This document shows, in pieces, positions 29,592 through 39,715 of a stretch of DNA of 64,000 nucleotides. Source of the stretch: Enhydrobacter aerosaccus (GTDB lineage Bacteria; Pseudomonadota; Alphaproteobacteria; Reyranellales; Reyranellaceae); assembly GCA_903832005.1 (NCBI GenBank), contig CAIKZO010000132.1, positions 26,035-90,034 on the forward strand, in the 5' to 3' direction. Position 1 is the stretch's first letter; each line of letters begins with the position of its first letter. A model generated the notes under the pieces. The model did not search any database and was not told the DNA's origin. It saw only the letters and a list, made by a program, of their open reading frames with translations. A program made the position numbers and the translations under genes.

Positions 29592-30020
29592 CTACTTCTT
29601 GGCCGCGGTGGGTTTCTTCTTGAACATCGCCAGCATGCGATGGGTGACGATGAACCCGCCGAAGATGTTGACGGCAGCCAGCGCCACCGCGATCGCACCG
29701 AACAACTGTGCCGCGCCCAGCCCCTTGAGGCCGGCCGCCAGCAGCGCGCCCACGATGATCACCGAGGAGACGGCGTTGGTGACGGCCATCAGCGGTGAAT
29801 GCAGCGCCGGAGTCACCCGCCACACCACGTAGTAACCCACGAAGCAGGCCAGCGCGAAGATGGTGAGCAGCGCCACGAACGGCATGTGACCGTCGGGGAT
29901 GGCGAGCGTGCCCTGCGCCGACATGTCGGTGATCTGCTGCGCCACGCCTTTCAGGTTGGTGGCGAGGTCCTGTGCCTGGGTCGCGATTTTGGCGGCTTCG
30001 CCGGCCAGCTTGTCGTCCAT
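29592..30020 (-). CDS. pntA: NAD(P) transhydrogenase subunit alpha part 2 (membrane part)
   Basis: 142 aa, 3-4 TM helices, PntAB-type small subunit between pntAA and pntB. Confidence 0.85.
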   Translation of the reverse strand: MDDKLAGEAAKIATQAQDLATNLKGVAQQITDMSAQGTLAIPDGHMPFVALLTIFALACFVGYYVVWRVTPALHSPLMAVTNAVSSVIIVGALLAAGLKGLGAAQLFGAIAVALAAVNIFGGFIVTHRMLAMFKKKPTAAKK

Positions 30021-30028
30021 GACCGCTC

Positions 30029-31177
30029 CTAGCTCTGGGTCAGCGAAGGATGCACGATCTGGCCACCCTGAGTGACCAGCGTGCCCTTCACCACTTCGTC
30101 GTTGGTGTCGATCCTCAGCGCCTTGGTCTCTTTGTCGACCATGGGCGTGATGAAATTGAGCAGGTTACGCGAGAACAGCGCCGAGGCGTCGGTCGCCAGC
30201 TCGCCCGGCAGGTTGGCGGGACCGACGATCTTCACGCCGTACTTCTCGACCGTCTTGCCGAACTCGGAGAGCGGGCAGTTGCCGCCCTGCTCGACCGCCA
30301 TGTCCACGATCACCGAGCCTGGCTTCATGGTCTTGACCATGTCTTCCGTCACCAGCACCGGCGCCTTGCGGCCCGGGATCAGCGCGGTCGTGACCACGAT
30401 GTCCTGCATCTTGATGTGCTCGGCCACGAGGGCGGCCTGCCTGGCCTGGTACTCCGGGCTCATCTGCTTGGCGTAGCCGCCCGCCGTCTCCGCCGCCTTG
30501 AACTCCTCGTCCTCGACGGCGACGAACTTGCCGCCCAGCGACTGGACCTGTTCCTTGGTCGCCGGCCGCACGTCCGTTGCCGTGACGATCGCGCCCAGAC
30601 GACGCGCGGTGGCAATTGCCTGCAGACCCGCCACACCGACGCCCATGATGAAGGCGCGCGACGGCGCCAGAGTGCCGCCCGGCGTCATCATCTGCGGGAA
30701 GATGCGGCCGAAGGTATTCGCCGCCGTCAGCACCGCCTTGTAGCCGGCGAGGTTGGCCTGCGAGGACAGGATGTCCATCGACTGCGCGCGCGTGATACGC
30801 GGGATCAGCTCCAGCGCGAACGCCGTCACGCCCTTTGCCGCCAGCGCCTGGACCAGCTCTTTATTGTTGAGGGCACCCAGCGGCGCCATCAGGGTCTGAC
30901 CCTGGCGCAGCAGCCCCAGTTCATCCACACCCTCGTCACCCGACATGGGTCGGCCGATCTTGAAGACGATGTCGCCCGCCGCCATGGCGGACGCTGCATC
31001 CGGCACGATCGTTGCACCCGCCTCGGCATAAGCCTGGTCGGTGTAGGCGGCGGCGATACCCGCGCCCGCTTCGATGGTGACTTCCGCGCCCAACGCCTTC
31101 AGTTTTTTGACGGTCTCGGGGGTCGCGGCCACTCGGGTTTCGTGCGGCCGTCGTTCTTTGAGAATGGCGATTTTCAT
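30029..31177 (-). CDS. pntA: NAD(P) transhydrogenase subunit alpha part 1 (alanine dehydrogenase-like dI domain)
   Basis: [23 protein letters not shown] start, NAD-binding GVGVAGLQA. The track ORF extends to 31234. Confidence 0.9.
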   Translation of the reverse strand: MKIAILKERRPHETRVAATPETVKKLKALGAEVTIEAGAGIAAAYTDQAYAEAGATIVPDAASAMAAGDIVFKIGRPMSGDEGVDELGLLRQGQTLMAPLGALNNKELVQALAAKGVTAFALELIPRITRAQSMDILSSQANLAGYKAVLTAANTFGRIFPQMMTPGGTLAPSRAFIMGVGVAGLQAIATARRLGAIVTATDVRPATKEQVQSLGGKFVAVEDEEFKAAETAGGYAKQMSPEYQARQAALVAEHIKMQDIVVTTALIPGRKAPVLVTEDMVKTMKPGSVIVDMAVEQGGNCPLSEFGKTVEKYGVKIVGPANLPGELATDASALFSRNLLNFITPMVDKETKALRIDTNDEVVKGTLVTQGGQIVHPSLTQS

Positions 31178-31320
31178 GGAGCGCTTTTTGATCGTTGGAG
31201 GCGCGAAGGGATATCTCGGGGCCGCACCTTGCACAGCGTTCGGCTCGTTGCCAAGCCGGTTTTTCGCCGCGTGGAAGCCTTTCGTTTACGGACTTTCATG
31301 CCGCGTGCTACGGCTCCAGC

Positions 31321-32319
31321 ATGGCTGACCATCCCGACATCCTCACCGGCTTCCATTTCACCAAGGCGACGCTCGCCTCTTTCGAGGAGCGCTGCAGGAT
31401 CGTGGGGCACATGGACAATCCCACGCCCACCGTCGCCGACATCCCGCCCGGCACCGCCGCCACCGTGCAGGCGATCGTCAGCACCGGCAGCGTCGGCATC
31501 TCGGCCGCGATGATGGATGCGCTCCCCAAGCTCTCGCTGTTCTGCTGCTACGGCACCGGCTACGAACGCTGCGATCTCGAGGCCGCCCGCAAGCGTAACA
31601 TCATGATCACCCACGGCGCCGACGCCAACGCGCCCGACGTGGCCGAGCTTGCGCTCGGCATCCTGCTCGCCTCGACCCGCCGACTGGTGCGCGCCGACAA
31701 GATGATCCGCCGCGGCGAGTGGAAGCAGCGCATCCCCAACCGCTTCGGGGGCATCGCCGGCCTCACCGGCGGCAAGGTCGGCATCCTCGGCCTCGGCGCC
31801 ATTGGCCTCGAGTTCGCCAAGCGCATCGCCGGCTTCGGCGTCGAGATCGGCTACTGCAATCGCAGCAAGCGCACCGATGTCGACTTCCAGTATTTCCCCG
31901 ACGTGATGCAGCTCGCCACCTGGTGCGACTACCTGATCGTCTGCCTGCGCTCGGACTCGTCGAACAAGCACATCATCAACGCCAATGTGCTGAAGGCGCT
32001 GGGCCCACGCGGCCATGTCGTCAACATCTCGCGCGGCTGGGCCGTCGACGAGAAGGCGCTCGCCCATGCGTTACGCAACGACATCATCGAAGGCGCCGCG
32101 CTCGATGTGTACGACGAGGAGCCCTACAAAGGCACCGAGTTGCTCGAGCTCGACAATCTGGTGATGACGCCGCACTTCGGCGGCGGCACCCAGCACGCCC
32201 AGCGCCGCATGACCGACCTCGTCTGCCGCAACCTCGACAATCATTTCGCCGGCAAGCCGGTAGTCTCGCCGGTGCCGGAACTGAAAGACCTGGCCGGCGT
32301 CGTCAAGCCTCGCGGATAA
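31321..32319 (+). CDS. D-isomer-specific 2-hydroxyacid dehydrogenase (glyoxylate/hydroxypyruvate reductase-like)
   Basis: GILGLGAIGLEFAKR NAD-binding motif and catalytic R/E/H pattern. Start at MADHPDILTG (ATG 31321). Confidence 0.85.
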   Translation: MADHPDILTGFHFTKATLASFEERCRIVGHMDNPTPTVADIPPGTAATVQAIVSTGSVGISAAMMDALPKLSLFCCYGTGYERCDLEAARKRNIMITHGADANAPDVAELALGILLASTRRLVRADKMIRRGEWKQRIPNRFGGIAGLTGGKVGILGLGAIGLEFAKRIAGFGVEIGYCNRSKRTDVDFQYFPDVMQLATWCDYLIVCLRSDSSNKHIINANVLKALGPRGHVVNISRGWAVDEKALAHALRNDIIEGAALDVYDEEPYKGTELLELDNLVMTPHFGGGTQHAQRRMTDLVCRNLDNHFAGKPVVSPVPELKDLAGVVKPRG

Positions 32320-32413
32320 TATTTTAAGGAGGGCTTGAGGCGTCTGGAAGTACGCCCATACCTCTCCACATTCCCGCCACGAGGGTTGTACTGCCTTCGT
32401 AAAGGGGAACTCC

Positions 32414-34396
32414 ATGTATACGATGATACTGCCCGCAACCGCTCTTGCAGCGGCGGTGATCCTTATTGTCCTGTTCTATGCTTCCGGCGCCGTCCGCTAC
32501 GTCGGCAACAACGAGGTTGCCGTCGTCGAGAAGCTATGGAGCCGGTCCGGCTCCATCCGCGGCGGCCTGATCGCGCTGAAGGACGAGGCCGGCTTCCAGC
32601 CCGACGTCCTGCGCGGCGGTTTCCAGTTCTTCATGCCGTTCCAGTATCGCCTGCACCGCGAACCGCTGGTCACGATCCCGCAGGGCCAGATCGGCTACGT
32701 CTTCGCCCGCGACGGCCGACCGCTGGAGCCGACGCAGACGCTCGCCAGCAACATCGCCGCGCACGACTTCCTCGATGCGCGCGCCTTCCTGCTCGCCTTC
32801 GGCCAGAAAGGCCCGCAGCGCGCGATCCTGCGCGAGGGCACCTATGCGATCAATCTCGCGCAATTCGTCATCATCACGCGCGAACGCATCCACGGCCTGA
32901 AGATGGACGGCGAGGACGCCGCGCTGTTCACCAACATGGCCACCGTCATCAGCGAACGCGGCGGCTTCGACGCCGTCGTGATCAAGGATGCCGACGACAA
33001 GATCGGCGTGGTGACGGTGCATGACGGCCCTGCGCTCCCGGCCGACCAGATCATCGCGCCTTCGGTGGGCGACAATCCGGCAGTGACCGCTACTTTCCAC
33101 AACAGCTTCCAGGACCCGGAGAAATTCCTGGCTGCCGGCGGCCGCCGGGGCCGCCAGCTGCAGGTGCTGGTCGAAGGCAGCTACTTTATCAACCGCCTGT
33201 TCGCGACCGTCGAGGCCGTCGACAAGACGCTGATCGACGTCGGCCATGTCGGCGTCGTGATCTCCTATACCGGCGAGACCGGCGTCGACACGTCGGGCAG
33301 CGACTACCGCCACGGCGAGCTGGTCGCGCGCGGCACGCGCGGCGTCTGGAGCACACCTTTGCTGCCCGGCAAGTACGCGTTCAACACCTATGCCGGCAAG
33401 ATACTGATGGTACCGACCACCAACTTCATCCTGAAGTGGGACCAGCAGAACGTCGGCCCGCACAAGTTCGACGAGAACCTGTCCGAGGTGTCGCTGATCA
33501 CCAAGGACGCGTTCGAGCCGATCCTGCCCCTCTCGGTGGTGGTCCATATCGACTACACCAAGGCCGCGCTCGTCGTGCAGCGCTTCGGCGACATCAAGAA
33601 GCTGGTCGAGCAGACCCTCGACCCGATGGTCTCGGCCTATTTCAAGAACGTGGCCCAGAAGCGGACCTTGATCGAGCTGCTGCAGGAGCGCAGCAACATC
33701 CAGGAAGCGTCCGGCCTCGAGATGAAGAGCAAGTTCGCGGCCTATAACCTCGAACTGCAGGAGGTGCTGATCGGCACGCCGCGCGCGGCGGCCGGCAACA
33801 ACCAGATCGAGCTGATCCTGCAGCAGCTCCGCCAGCGCCAGATCGCGGACGAGCAAGTCGGCACCTACCAGCGCCAGGTGCTCGCCGCCCAGAAGGAACG
33901 CGAGTTGCGCGAGGCCGAGGCGCAGGCCCGCCAGCAGACGGCCATCACCGAGTCGGTGCTGTCGATCCAGGTCCAGGAGAACCAGGGCAAGGCGAACCTC
34001 GCCCGCTCGCAGCAGGAGGCCGACCAGACCCGCACGGTGGCGCAGGCGGAAGCCGACCGCATCCGCATGCTGGGCGAAGGCGAAGCCCGGAAGGTGGTGG
34101 CGCTGGCCTCGGCCGAGGCCGAGCGCGTCACCAAGGTGGGCCTGGCGCAGGCCGAGGCGATCGAGAAACAGGCCGCCGCCTCGGGCGGTGCACGCTACCA
34201 GCTCGCGCGCCAGATCGCCGAACGCTTCGCCGAGGCGCTCGAGAAATCGGGCGTCGACATCGTGCCGCGCATTTCGGTCTCCGGCGGCGGCGACTCGTCT
34301 GCAGCCGTTCCCGGCGGACCGGTCCTGCAGGCGCTGATGGCGATGCTGATGTCGGAAAAAGCCGAAGGGCTGGCGCCGGACAAGCGGGTCCAGTGA
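32414..34396 (+). CDS. Flotillin-like SPFH/Band 7 domain protein (YqiK type)
   Basis: N-terminal TM, SPFH domain, long Q/E/A/R-rich coiled-coil C-terminus. 660 aa. Confidence 0.8.
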   Translation: MYTMILPATALAAAVILIVLFYASGAVRYVGNNEVAVVEKLWSRSGSIRGGLIALKDEAGFQPDVLRGGFQFFMPFQYRLHREPLVTIPQGQIGYVFARDGRPLEPTQTLASNIAAHDFLDARAFLLAFGQKGPQRAILREGTYAINLAQFVIITRERIHGLKMDGEDAALFTNMATVISERGGFDAVVIKDADDKIGVVTVHDGPALPADQIIAPSVGDNPAVTATFHNSFQDPEKFLAAGGRRGRQLQVLVEGSYFINRLFATVEAVDKTLIDVGHVGVVISYTGETGVDTSGSDYRHGELVARGTRGVWSTPLLPGKYAFNTYAGKILMVPTTNFILKWDQQNVGPHKFDENLSEVSLITKDAFEPILPLSVVVHIDYTKAALVVQRFGDIKKLVEQTLDPMVSAYFKNVAQKRTLIELLQERSNIQEASGLEMKSKFAAYNLELQEVLIGTPRAAAGNNQIELILQQLRQRQIADEQVGTYQRQVLAAQKERELREAEAQARQQTAITESVLSIQVQENQGKANLARSQQEADQTRTVAQAEADRIRMLGEGEARKVVALASAEAERVTKVGLAQAEAIEKQAAASGGARYQLARQIAERFAEALEKSGVDIVPRISVSGGGDSSAAVPGGPVLQALMAMLMSEKAEGLAPDKRVQ

Positions 34397-34410
34397 AGCC
34401 GGCGTGACGA

Positions 34411-35091
34411 TCAAGTCGGCGGGTCGACTCCGATGGCGACCCGCCTCCCCTGCCGGATCCGCCGGTCGAGGACACTGTCCATGAAGGCGCGCAGCACCGA
34501 GAGGTCGCCGATGATATTGCCGCCCAGGCCGGCATAGGACTGGCCGGGCGAGGCGTAGCCCCAGGCGTCTAAGCCGACGTGATGAGCGATCAGCAGCGCC
34601 CTTGCCAAGTGATCGCGTTCCGACACGATGATCGTCCGATGCAGGCCGTAGATGTCGCGCCCGCGCACGATCGACTCCCAGGTCCGCACGCCACCGAAGT
34701 CGCGATAGACGAATTCCGGCGGCACGCCCAGCGCCGCCAGCCCGTCGCGCATGCGCGTCGGCTCGTCGTAGTCGGTGCCGATGCGGTTGCCGCTCACGAT
34801 CAGGTAACGTGCCTTCCCCGCGCTCCACAGATCGGCCGCCGCCTTCAGGCGATGAGACAGCGTTCGATAGCGCTGGCCGCGGGTGCCGTAGGGTGCCGTG
34901 CCCAGCACGATCGCGGCATCGACCGTCGGCAGCGTATCGACGTCGTCGGGAATGTAGGCCTCGGCCCAGGCGCCGCTGACGTCGCGACCGATGCGGCCCA
35001 CCGCCAGGATCGCCGCGATAAGGCAGGCCGCGCCCGCCAACGCGGCCAGCAGGAAGCGGGCCGTATGATGCAGCCGGTCGATGATCGTCAT
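34411..35091 (-). CDS. SanA/YdcF-family (DUF218) membrane-anchored protein, paralog 1
   Basis: N-terminal TM plus DUF218 core (AIVLGTAPYG...YLIVSGNRIG...HLARA). Confidence 0.7.
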   Translation of the reverse strand: MTIIDRLHHTARFLLAALAGAACLIAAILAVGRIGRDVSGAWAEAYIPDDVDTLPTVDAAIVLGTAPYGTRGQRYRTLSHRLKAAADLWSAGKARYLIVSGNRIGTDYDEPTRMRDGLAALGVPPEFVYRDFGGVRTWESIVRGRDIYGLHRTIIVSERDHLARALLIAHHVGLDAWGYASPGQSYAGLGGNIIGDLSVLRAFMDSVLDRRIRQGRRVAIGVDPPT

Positions 35092-35696
35092 CGGGCGGCA
35101 CTCCAGGCCTCGACGACGCCGATCAGCGCCGAGGGAAAGCGCCGCATTTCCGTGAAGACGCTGTAGGGCATGTCGACGTCGCGCGCATCGACGCCCCAGG
35201 CCTCCATCCCGGCCTGGTGGGCGATATAGAGAGCGCGGCCAAGGTGGAAGCGCTGCGAGACGATCAACAGCCTCGACTGACCGTAGACGTCCCGCGCCCG
35301 CAGCACCGACGCGCGCGTGCGGAAGCCCTCGGTATCCTGCCGAATTGCCTCGAGCGGTACGCCGCGCGCGATCAGCCCCGCCTCCATTGCCGCCGGCTCG
35401 TCGTAGCTGTCGCCGGTGCGATTGCCGCTCACCAGCAAGGTCTTGGCCTTGCCCGCTTTCCAGAGCGCGGCCGCGGTATCGAGGCGATAGACGAAGTAGC
35501 GGTTGGGTCCGCCCTCAGGCCCGATCGGCGCCGTGCCCAGCACCAGCGCCATGTCGACCGCGGGGGCCTCGGCAACCGTCGCGAACGACCAGCGCGCGGC
35601 CTCGCGCGCCATGCGGCGTTCGGCGAGCCACGCCGCCAGGGTCAGGACCAGCGCCGCACCGCCCATCGCAAGCAGGACTCCCACGATCAGACGCAT
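35088..35696 (-). CDS. SanA/YdcF-family (DUF218) membrane-anchored protein, paralog 2
   Basis: Same DUF218 motifs (ALVLGTAPIG...LLVSGNRTG...HLGRA). Tandem with paralog 1, overlapping by 4 nt. Confidence 0.7.
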   Translation of the reverse strand: MRLIVGVLLAMGGAALVLTLAAWLAERRMAREAARWSFATVAEAPAVDMALVLGTAPIGPEGGPNRYFVYRLDTAAALWKAGKAKTLLVSGNRTGDSYDEPAAMEAGLIARGVPLEAIRQDTEGFRTRASVLRARDVYGQSRLLIVSQRFHLGRALYIAHQAGMEAWGVDARDVDMPYSVFTEMRRFPSALIGVVEAWSAAR

Positions 35697-35755
35697 CTCA
35701 TCGCCTTGATCGGGTCATTCTTGATCGCTCGGGCCGCCCTCTATAGAGAGCCATC

Positions 35756-37381
35756 ATGACACGTCTCAGCACCGCCGAAGCCACTGTCGAAACCCTCCTG
35801 CGCCATGGCCTCGATACGGTCTATGCCTTGCCTGGCCTGCACAACGATCCCCTGTTCGACGCCTTCTACCACGCTGCAGACCGTCTGCGCGTGATTCATC
35901 CACGACACGAACAGACCGCCGCCTACATGGCGCTGGGCGCCGCCCTTGCGACCGGCAAGCCGCAGGCCTTCGCCGTCGTGCCCGGCCCCGGTTTGCTCAA
36001 CGCCGGCGCCGCCCTGCTGACCGCTTACGGCATGAATGCGCCGGTAATCGGGCTGATCGGCCAGATCCCGCAGGCCGACATCGATCGCGGGCACGGACAC
36101 CTGCACGAGATCCACGACCAGCTCGGCCTGATGCGCCACATCACCAAATGGGCCGAGCGCATCCGCGGACCGCAGGAGGCGCCGACGCTGGTCTCGCAGG
36201 CGATCTGGCAGGCGACTTCCGGGCGCCCGCGTCCCGTCGCCCTCGAATGCGCGCTCGACACCTGGGCCAAGCGCGCCGAAGTGACCCTGGCCGCCGAACC
36301 GCTGCGCCTCCCGCCCGAGACGATCGACGACGAGGCGATCGAGGCCGCCGCGAAGATCCTGGGCAATGCCGAGCGGCCGATCCTGGTGTTGGGCGGCGGT
36401 GCGCAGGATGCCTCAGCCGAAGTGATCGAGATCGCGCAGCTGCTCGAAGCACCGGTCAGCTCCTACCGCCGGGGACGCGGTGTGATCCCGAGCTCGCACC
36501 GCCTGGCCGTCGATATGCCGATCGGCCATCGCCTGTGGAAGGAGGCCGACGCCGTGCTGGCCATCGGCACGCGCTTCTTCATCCAGAACGGCAACTGGGG
36601 CATCGACGACAAGCTCAAGGTCGTGCGCATCGATATCGATCCCGACGAGCCCGACCGGCTGTGCAAGCCCGACGTGGCGTTGATCGGCGACTCCGCCGCC
36701 CAGCTGCGCGCGCTGATCGCGGCGCTGCCCAAACACAATCGCAAGCGCGCCTCGCGCGACGGCGAACTGAAGGGCCATCGCGACTGGTTCGCCGACCGCT
36801 TGTCGCGCCTCGAGCCGCAGATGGGGTTCCTCAAGGCCATGCGCGCCGCCCTGCCCGAGGATGGCATCTTCGTCGACGAGGTCTCGCAGATGGGCTTCGC
36901 CTCGCGCGTCGCCTTCCCCGTCGAGAAGCCGCGCACCTATCTCTCGCCCGGCTACCAGGACAATCTCGGCTGGGGCTTCGGCACGGCGCTCGGCGCCAAG
37001 GCCGCGATGCCCGACCGTAAGGTGCTGGCGATCGCCGGCGACGGTGGCTTCCTCTACCAGATGGGCGAGCTCGCCACCGCCGTGCGCCACAACCTCGCCG
37101 TCGTGGTCGTGGTGTTCGACAACGGCGCCTTCGGCAACGTGAAGCGCATCCAGCAGGAGCGCTACGGCAACCGCCTGATCGCCTCGGACCTGCACAATCC
37201 CGACTTCGTGCGTCTGGCCGACAGCTTCGGCGTCGCCTCCTTCAAGGCCACCGACGCAAGGCAACTCGAAGCCGCCCTGCACAAGGCCTTCGCGCTCAAC
37301 GCACCGGCCCTGGTCCACGTCCCGCACGGCGACGTGCCGAGCCCGTGGGATCTCATCATGATGCCGAAGGTCCGCGGCTAG
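35756..37381 (+). CDS. Thiamine pyrophosphate-dependent enzyme (acetolactate synthase / benzoylformate decarboxylase superfamily)
   Basis: TPP N-terminal, central and C-terminal domains. GDGGF...N TPP-binding motif near aa 430. Confidence 0.8.
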   Translation: MTRLSTAEATVETLLRHGLDTVYALPGLHNDPLFDAFYHAADRLRVIHPRHEQTAAYMALGAALATGKPQAFAVVPGPGLLNAGAALLTAYGMNAPVIGLIGQIPQADIDRGHGHLHEIHDQLGLMRHITKWAERIRGPQEAPTLVSQAIWQATSGRPRPVALECALDTWAKRAEVTLAAEPLRLPPETIDDEAIEAAAKILGNAERPILVLGGGAQDASAEVIEIAQLLEAPVSSYRRGRGVIPSSHRLAVDMPIGHRLWKEADAVLAIGTRFFIQNGNWGIDDKLKVVRIDIDPDEPDRLCKPDVALIGDSAAQLRALIAALPKHNRKRASRDGELKGHRDWFADRLSRLEPQMGFLKAMRAALPEDGIFVDEVSQMGFASRVAFPVEKPRTYLSPGYQDNLGWGFGTALGAKAAMPDRKVLAIAGDGGFLYQMGELATAVRHNLAVVVVVFDNGAFGNVKRIQQERYGNRLIASDLHNPDFVRLADSFGVASFKATDARQLEAALHKAFALNAPALVHVPHGDVPSPWDLIMMPKVRG

Positions 37382-37475
37382 TCGCGCGGAGTCTCACGCG
37401 CATGAGACAGCTGAAATGCCGCCGCCATGGGCATTTCCCGCGATTCGTCTCATTTCTCACCTGTCCGCCTCCCCC

Positions 37476-38384
37476 TCACAGCGCATCCAGCACCTGGCGG
37501 AAGTTGGTCGCGCACGTGAAGCCGAGCCGCCGCTGCGCCTTGCTGCTGTCGTAGACGCGATCGATCGTGTCGAACATCGTCCAGCCGCGCGCGGCGTATT
37601 TGGCGGCGTAGTCCGGGAAGTAACGCACGACGACAGACGGCGCGTTGGCGATCAGCTCGCGGCCGTCGGTGGGCGAGAACGGCGTCAGTGCCGACACGAT
37701 GAACGTGTCGAAGCCGATATCGGGCGCCTTTTGCAACGCCACGACGTGCGCCTCGGCGGCATCCTCGACACTCAGCCGCCGGAAGAGGAACTCGTTGGCC
37801 TTGGTGTTTTCGCCGGACTGCGCGATGGCGTGCGCCATGTCATCTTCCTCGGGAAAGAACCGCGAGGTGCGCAGGATCACGATCGGCAGCTTGTGGAGTT
37901 GGTGAAACAACCGGCAGAGATCCTCGGCCGCGAGCTTGGTCACGCCGTAGATGTTGCGCGGCTGAAGCGGCGCCATGGTCTCGTCGATCCAGATCGCCTC
38001 CTGCGCGCCACCGGATTTCCCGTCGCGGATCTTTTGCGAGATCATCAGTGAGGTGGTCGAGGTGAAGACGAAGCGGCTCACCCCGGCGGCGACCGCCTCC
38101 TCCAGGAGATTGAGCGTGCCCTGCACGTTGACGGCGACGAACTCGGAATTGTCGTGCGTCTCGATGTGCGGCTTGTGGCGCGCCGCGGCATGCACGATCG
38201 CCTCGATGCCCGTGTCCCGGATCGTCGAGCGCACCAGCGCGCGGTCGACGACCGAACCCACGACATCCGTCGTGGTGCCCGGCTCGGGATCGAGGCCGAC
38301 GACGAGATGCCCTTCCTTGCGCAGGCGCGGCACCAGGGTCTGGCCGAGCCAGCCCGACGATCCTGTAACCAGTATCCTCATCAC
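37476..38384 (-). CDS. NAD-dependent epimerase/dehydratase (SDR family)
   Basis: ILVTGSSGWLG Rossmann motif, YxxxK. 302 aa. Confidence 0.8.
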   Translation of the reverse strand: MMRILVTGSSGWLGQTLVPRLRKEGHLVVGLDPEPGTTTDVVGSVVDRALVRSTIRDTGIEAIVHAAARHKPHIETHDNSEFVAVNVQGTLNLLEEAVAAGVSRFVFTSTTSLMISQKIRDGKSGGAQEAIWIDETMAPLQPRNIYGVTKLAAEDLCRLFHQLHKLPIVILRTSRFFPEEDDMAHAIAQSGENTKANEFLFRRLSVEDAAEAHVVALQKAPDIGFDTFIVSALTPFSPTDGRELIANAPSVVVRYFPDYAAKYAARGWTMFDTIDRVYDSSKAQRRLGFTCATNFRQVLDAL

Positions 38385-39712
38385 AGGCCCGCTTGAACCA
38401 GCGCTTCCTGCTGGCGCGCCGCCAGGACATCGACGTCGAACCCCTCGATCAGGCTCTCGAACAGGCGGTGCCAGTTGATCGAAGCCTGCAGATGGATGAA
38501 CACCGAGCCGAGGCCGATGGCGGCGCGGTCCATGAACACGAACTCGCGCGGCGGCCGCACGCCGCCCATCTTGCGCAGCTCGCCGAACACGTCGTGCGCC
38601 ATCTCGCGGCCGTAGCCGCCCGCCACGCCTTCAGTGAGGCGGCGGGGCCGGTCGTCCATCAGCGGGCCGTAGAGGAAGGCCGCCCACCGGTTCAGCACCG
38701 TGATCGTCTCGCGCGTGAGTCCGCTGAAGCCCCAGTCCTCGTAGGCCGCGACGGCGCGCTCGAGATCGTCGGTCATCAGCGCGTGATAGAGCTCGATCGA
38801 GCCCTTCACGAAACGCGGCGGGAAGATGCGCACGCAACCGAAATCCATCAGGTTCACCGAACCGTCCGGCCGCACGCTGTAGTTCCCGAGATGCGGATCG
38901 CCATGGATCACGCCGTAGGAATAGAACGGCACGTACCAGGCGCGGAACATGTTGACCGCCAGCGCGTCGCGTTCCTCCTGCGGTCTTTCCTTCCAGTCGA
39001 GCAGCGGCCCGCCGGCCAGCCAGTTCATGCAAAGCAGCCGGTCCGTCGAGAGCGCGGGCACCGTTTCGGGCACATGCACCTGCGGCTCGTCACGGAGCAT
39101 GTGCCGGTAGAGCGCGACATGCTTGGCCTCGCGTCGATAGTCGAGCTCCTCGCGCAACCGCGTCGTGATCTCGGCATGGATCTCGTCGGTGCGGATCGCC
39201 GGGTCGAAGCGCTGGCCCATGGCGAACACCAGCTTGAGCTGATTGAGGTCGGCTTCCAGTGCCGAGGCCATGTCCGGGTACTGCAGCTTGACCGCCGCAT
39301 CGCTGCCGTCGAGCAGCACCGCGCGATGGACCTGGCCCAGCGAGGCCGCGAACGAGGCCTCCTTGTCGAACTTCCTGAACTTCGATTGCCAGTCCGGCCC
39401 CAGCTCGCTCGCCATGCGCCGGCGCACGAAGGCCCAGCCCATGGCGGGCGCATTGGCCTGGAGCTGGGCGAGCTCGCGGGCATATTCCGGCGGCAGCGCA
39501 TCGGGGATGGTGGCCAGCAACTGCGCGGCCTTCATCAACGGACCTTTTAGTCCGCCCAGCGCCGCCTTGAGATCGGAAGCATGCCTGTCGCGGTCGAGCG
39601 AGAAGCCGAGGTAACGCTGGCCCGCCAGCCGCACGGCCAGGCCCCCCATCGAGGTGCCGACCTTGGCGTAGCGGCCGAGCCGCCCACCGAGGGAGTCGCC
39701 CTCATCCGCCAT
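38381..39712 (-). CDS. ABC1/UbiB-family atypical protein kinase (AarF domain)
   Basis: ABC1 motifs (AASLGQVHRAVLLDGSDAAVKLQYP; HGDPHLGNY). 443 aa. Overlaps neighbours by 4 nt on each side. Confidence 0.8.
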   Translation of the reverse strand: MADEGDSLGGRLGRYAKVGTSMGGLAVRLAGQRYLGFSLDRDRHASDLKAALGGLKGPLMKAAQLLATIPDALPPEYARELAQLQANAPAMGWAFVRRRMASELGPDWQSKFRKFDKEASFAASLGQVHRAVLLDGSDAAVKLQYPDMASALEADLNQLKLVFAMGQRFDPAIRTDEIHAEITTRLREELDYRREAKHVALYRHMLRDEPQVHVPETVPALSTDRLLCMNWLAGGPLLDWKERPQEERDALAVNMFRAWYVPFYSYGVIHGDPHLGNYSVRPDGSVNLMDFGCVRIFPPRFVKGSIELYHALMTDDLERAVAAYEDWGFSGLTRETITVLNRWAAFLYGPLMDDRPRRLTEGVAGGYGREMAHDVFGELRKMGGVRPPREFVFMDRAAIGLGSVFIHLQASINWHRLFESLIEGFDVDVLAARQQEALVQAGL

Positions 39713-39715
39713 CGA

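Noticed and set aside
32534-35101. 855-aa minus-strand ORF antisense to the flotillin-like gene
   Set aside because: Antisense artefact. The plus strand encodes a convincing SPFH protein.
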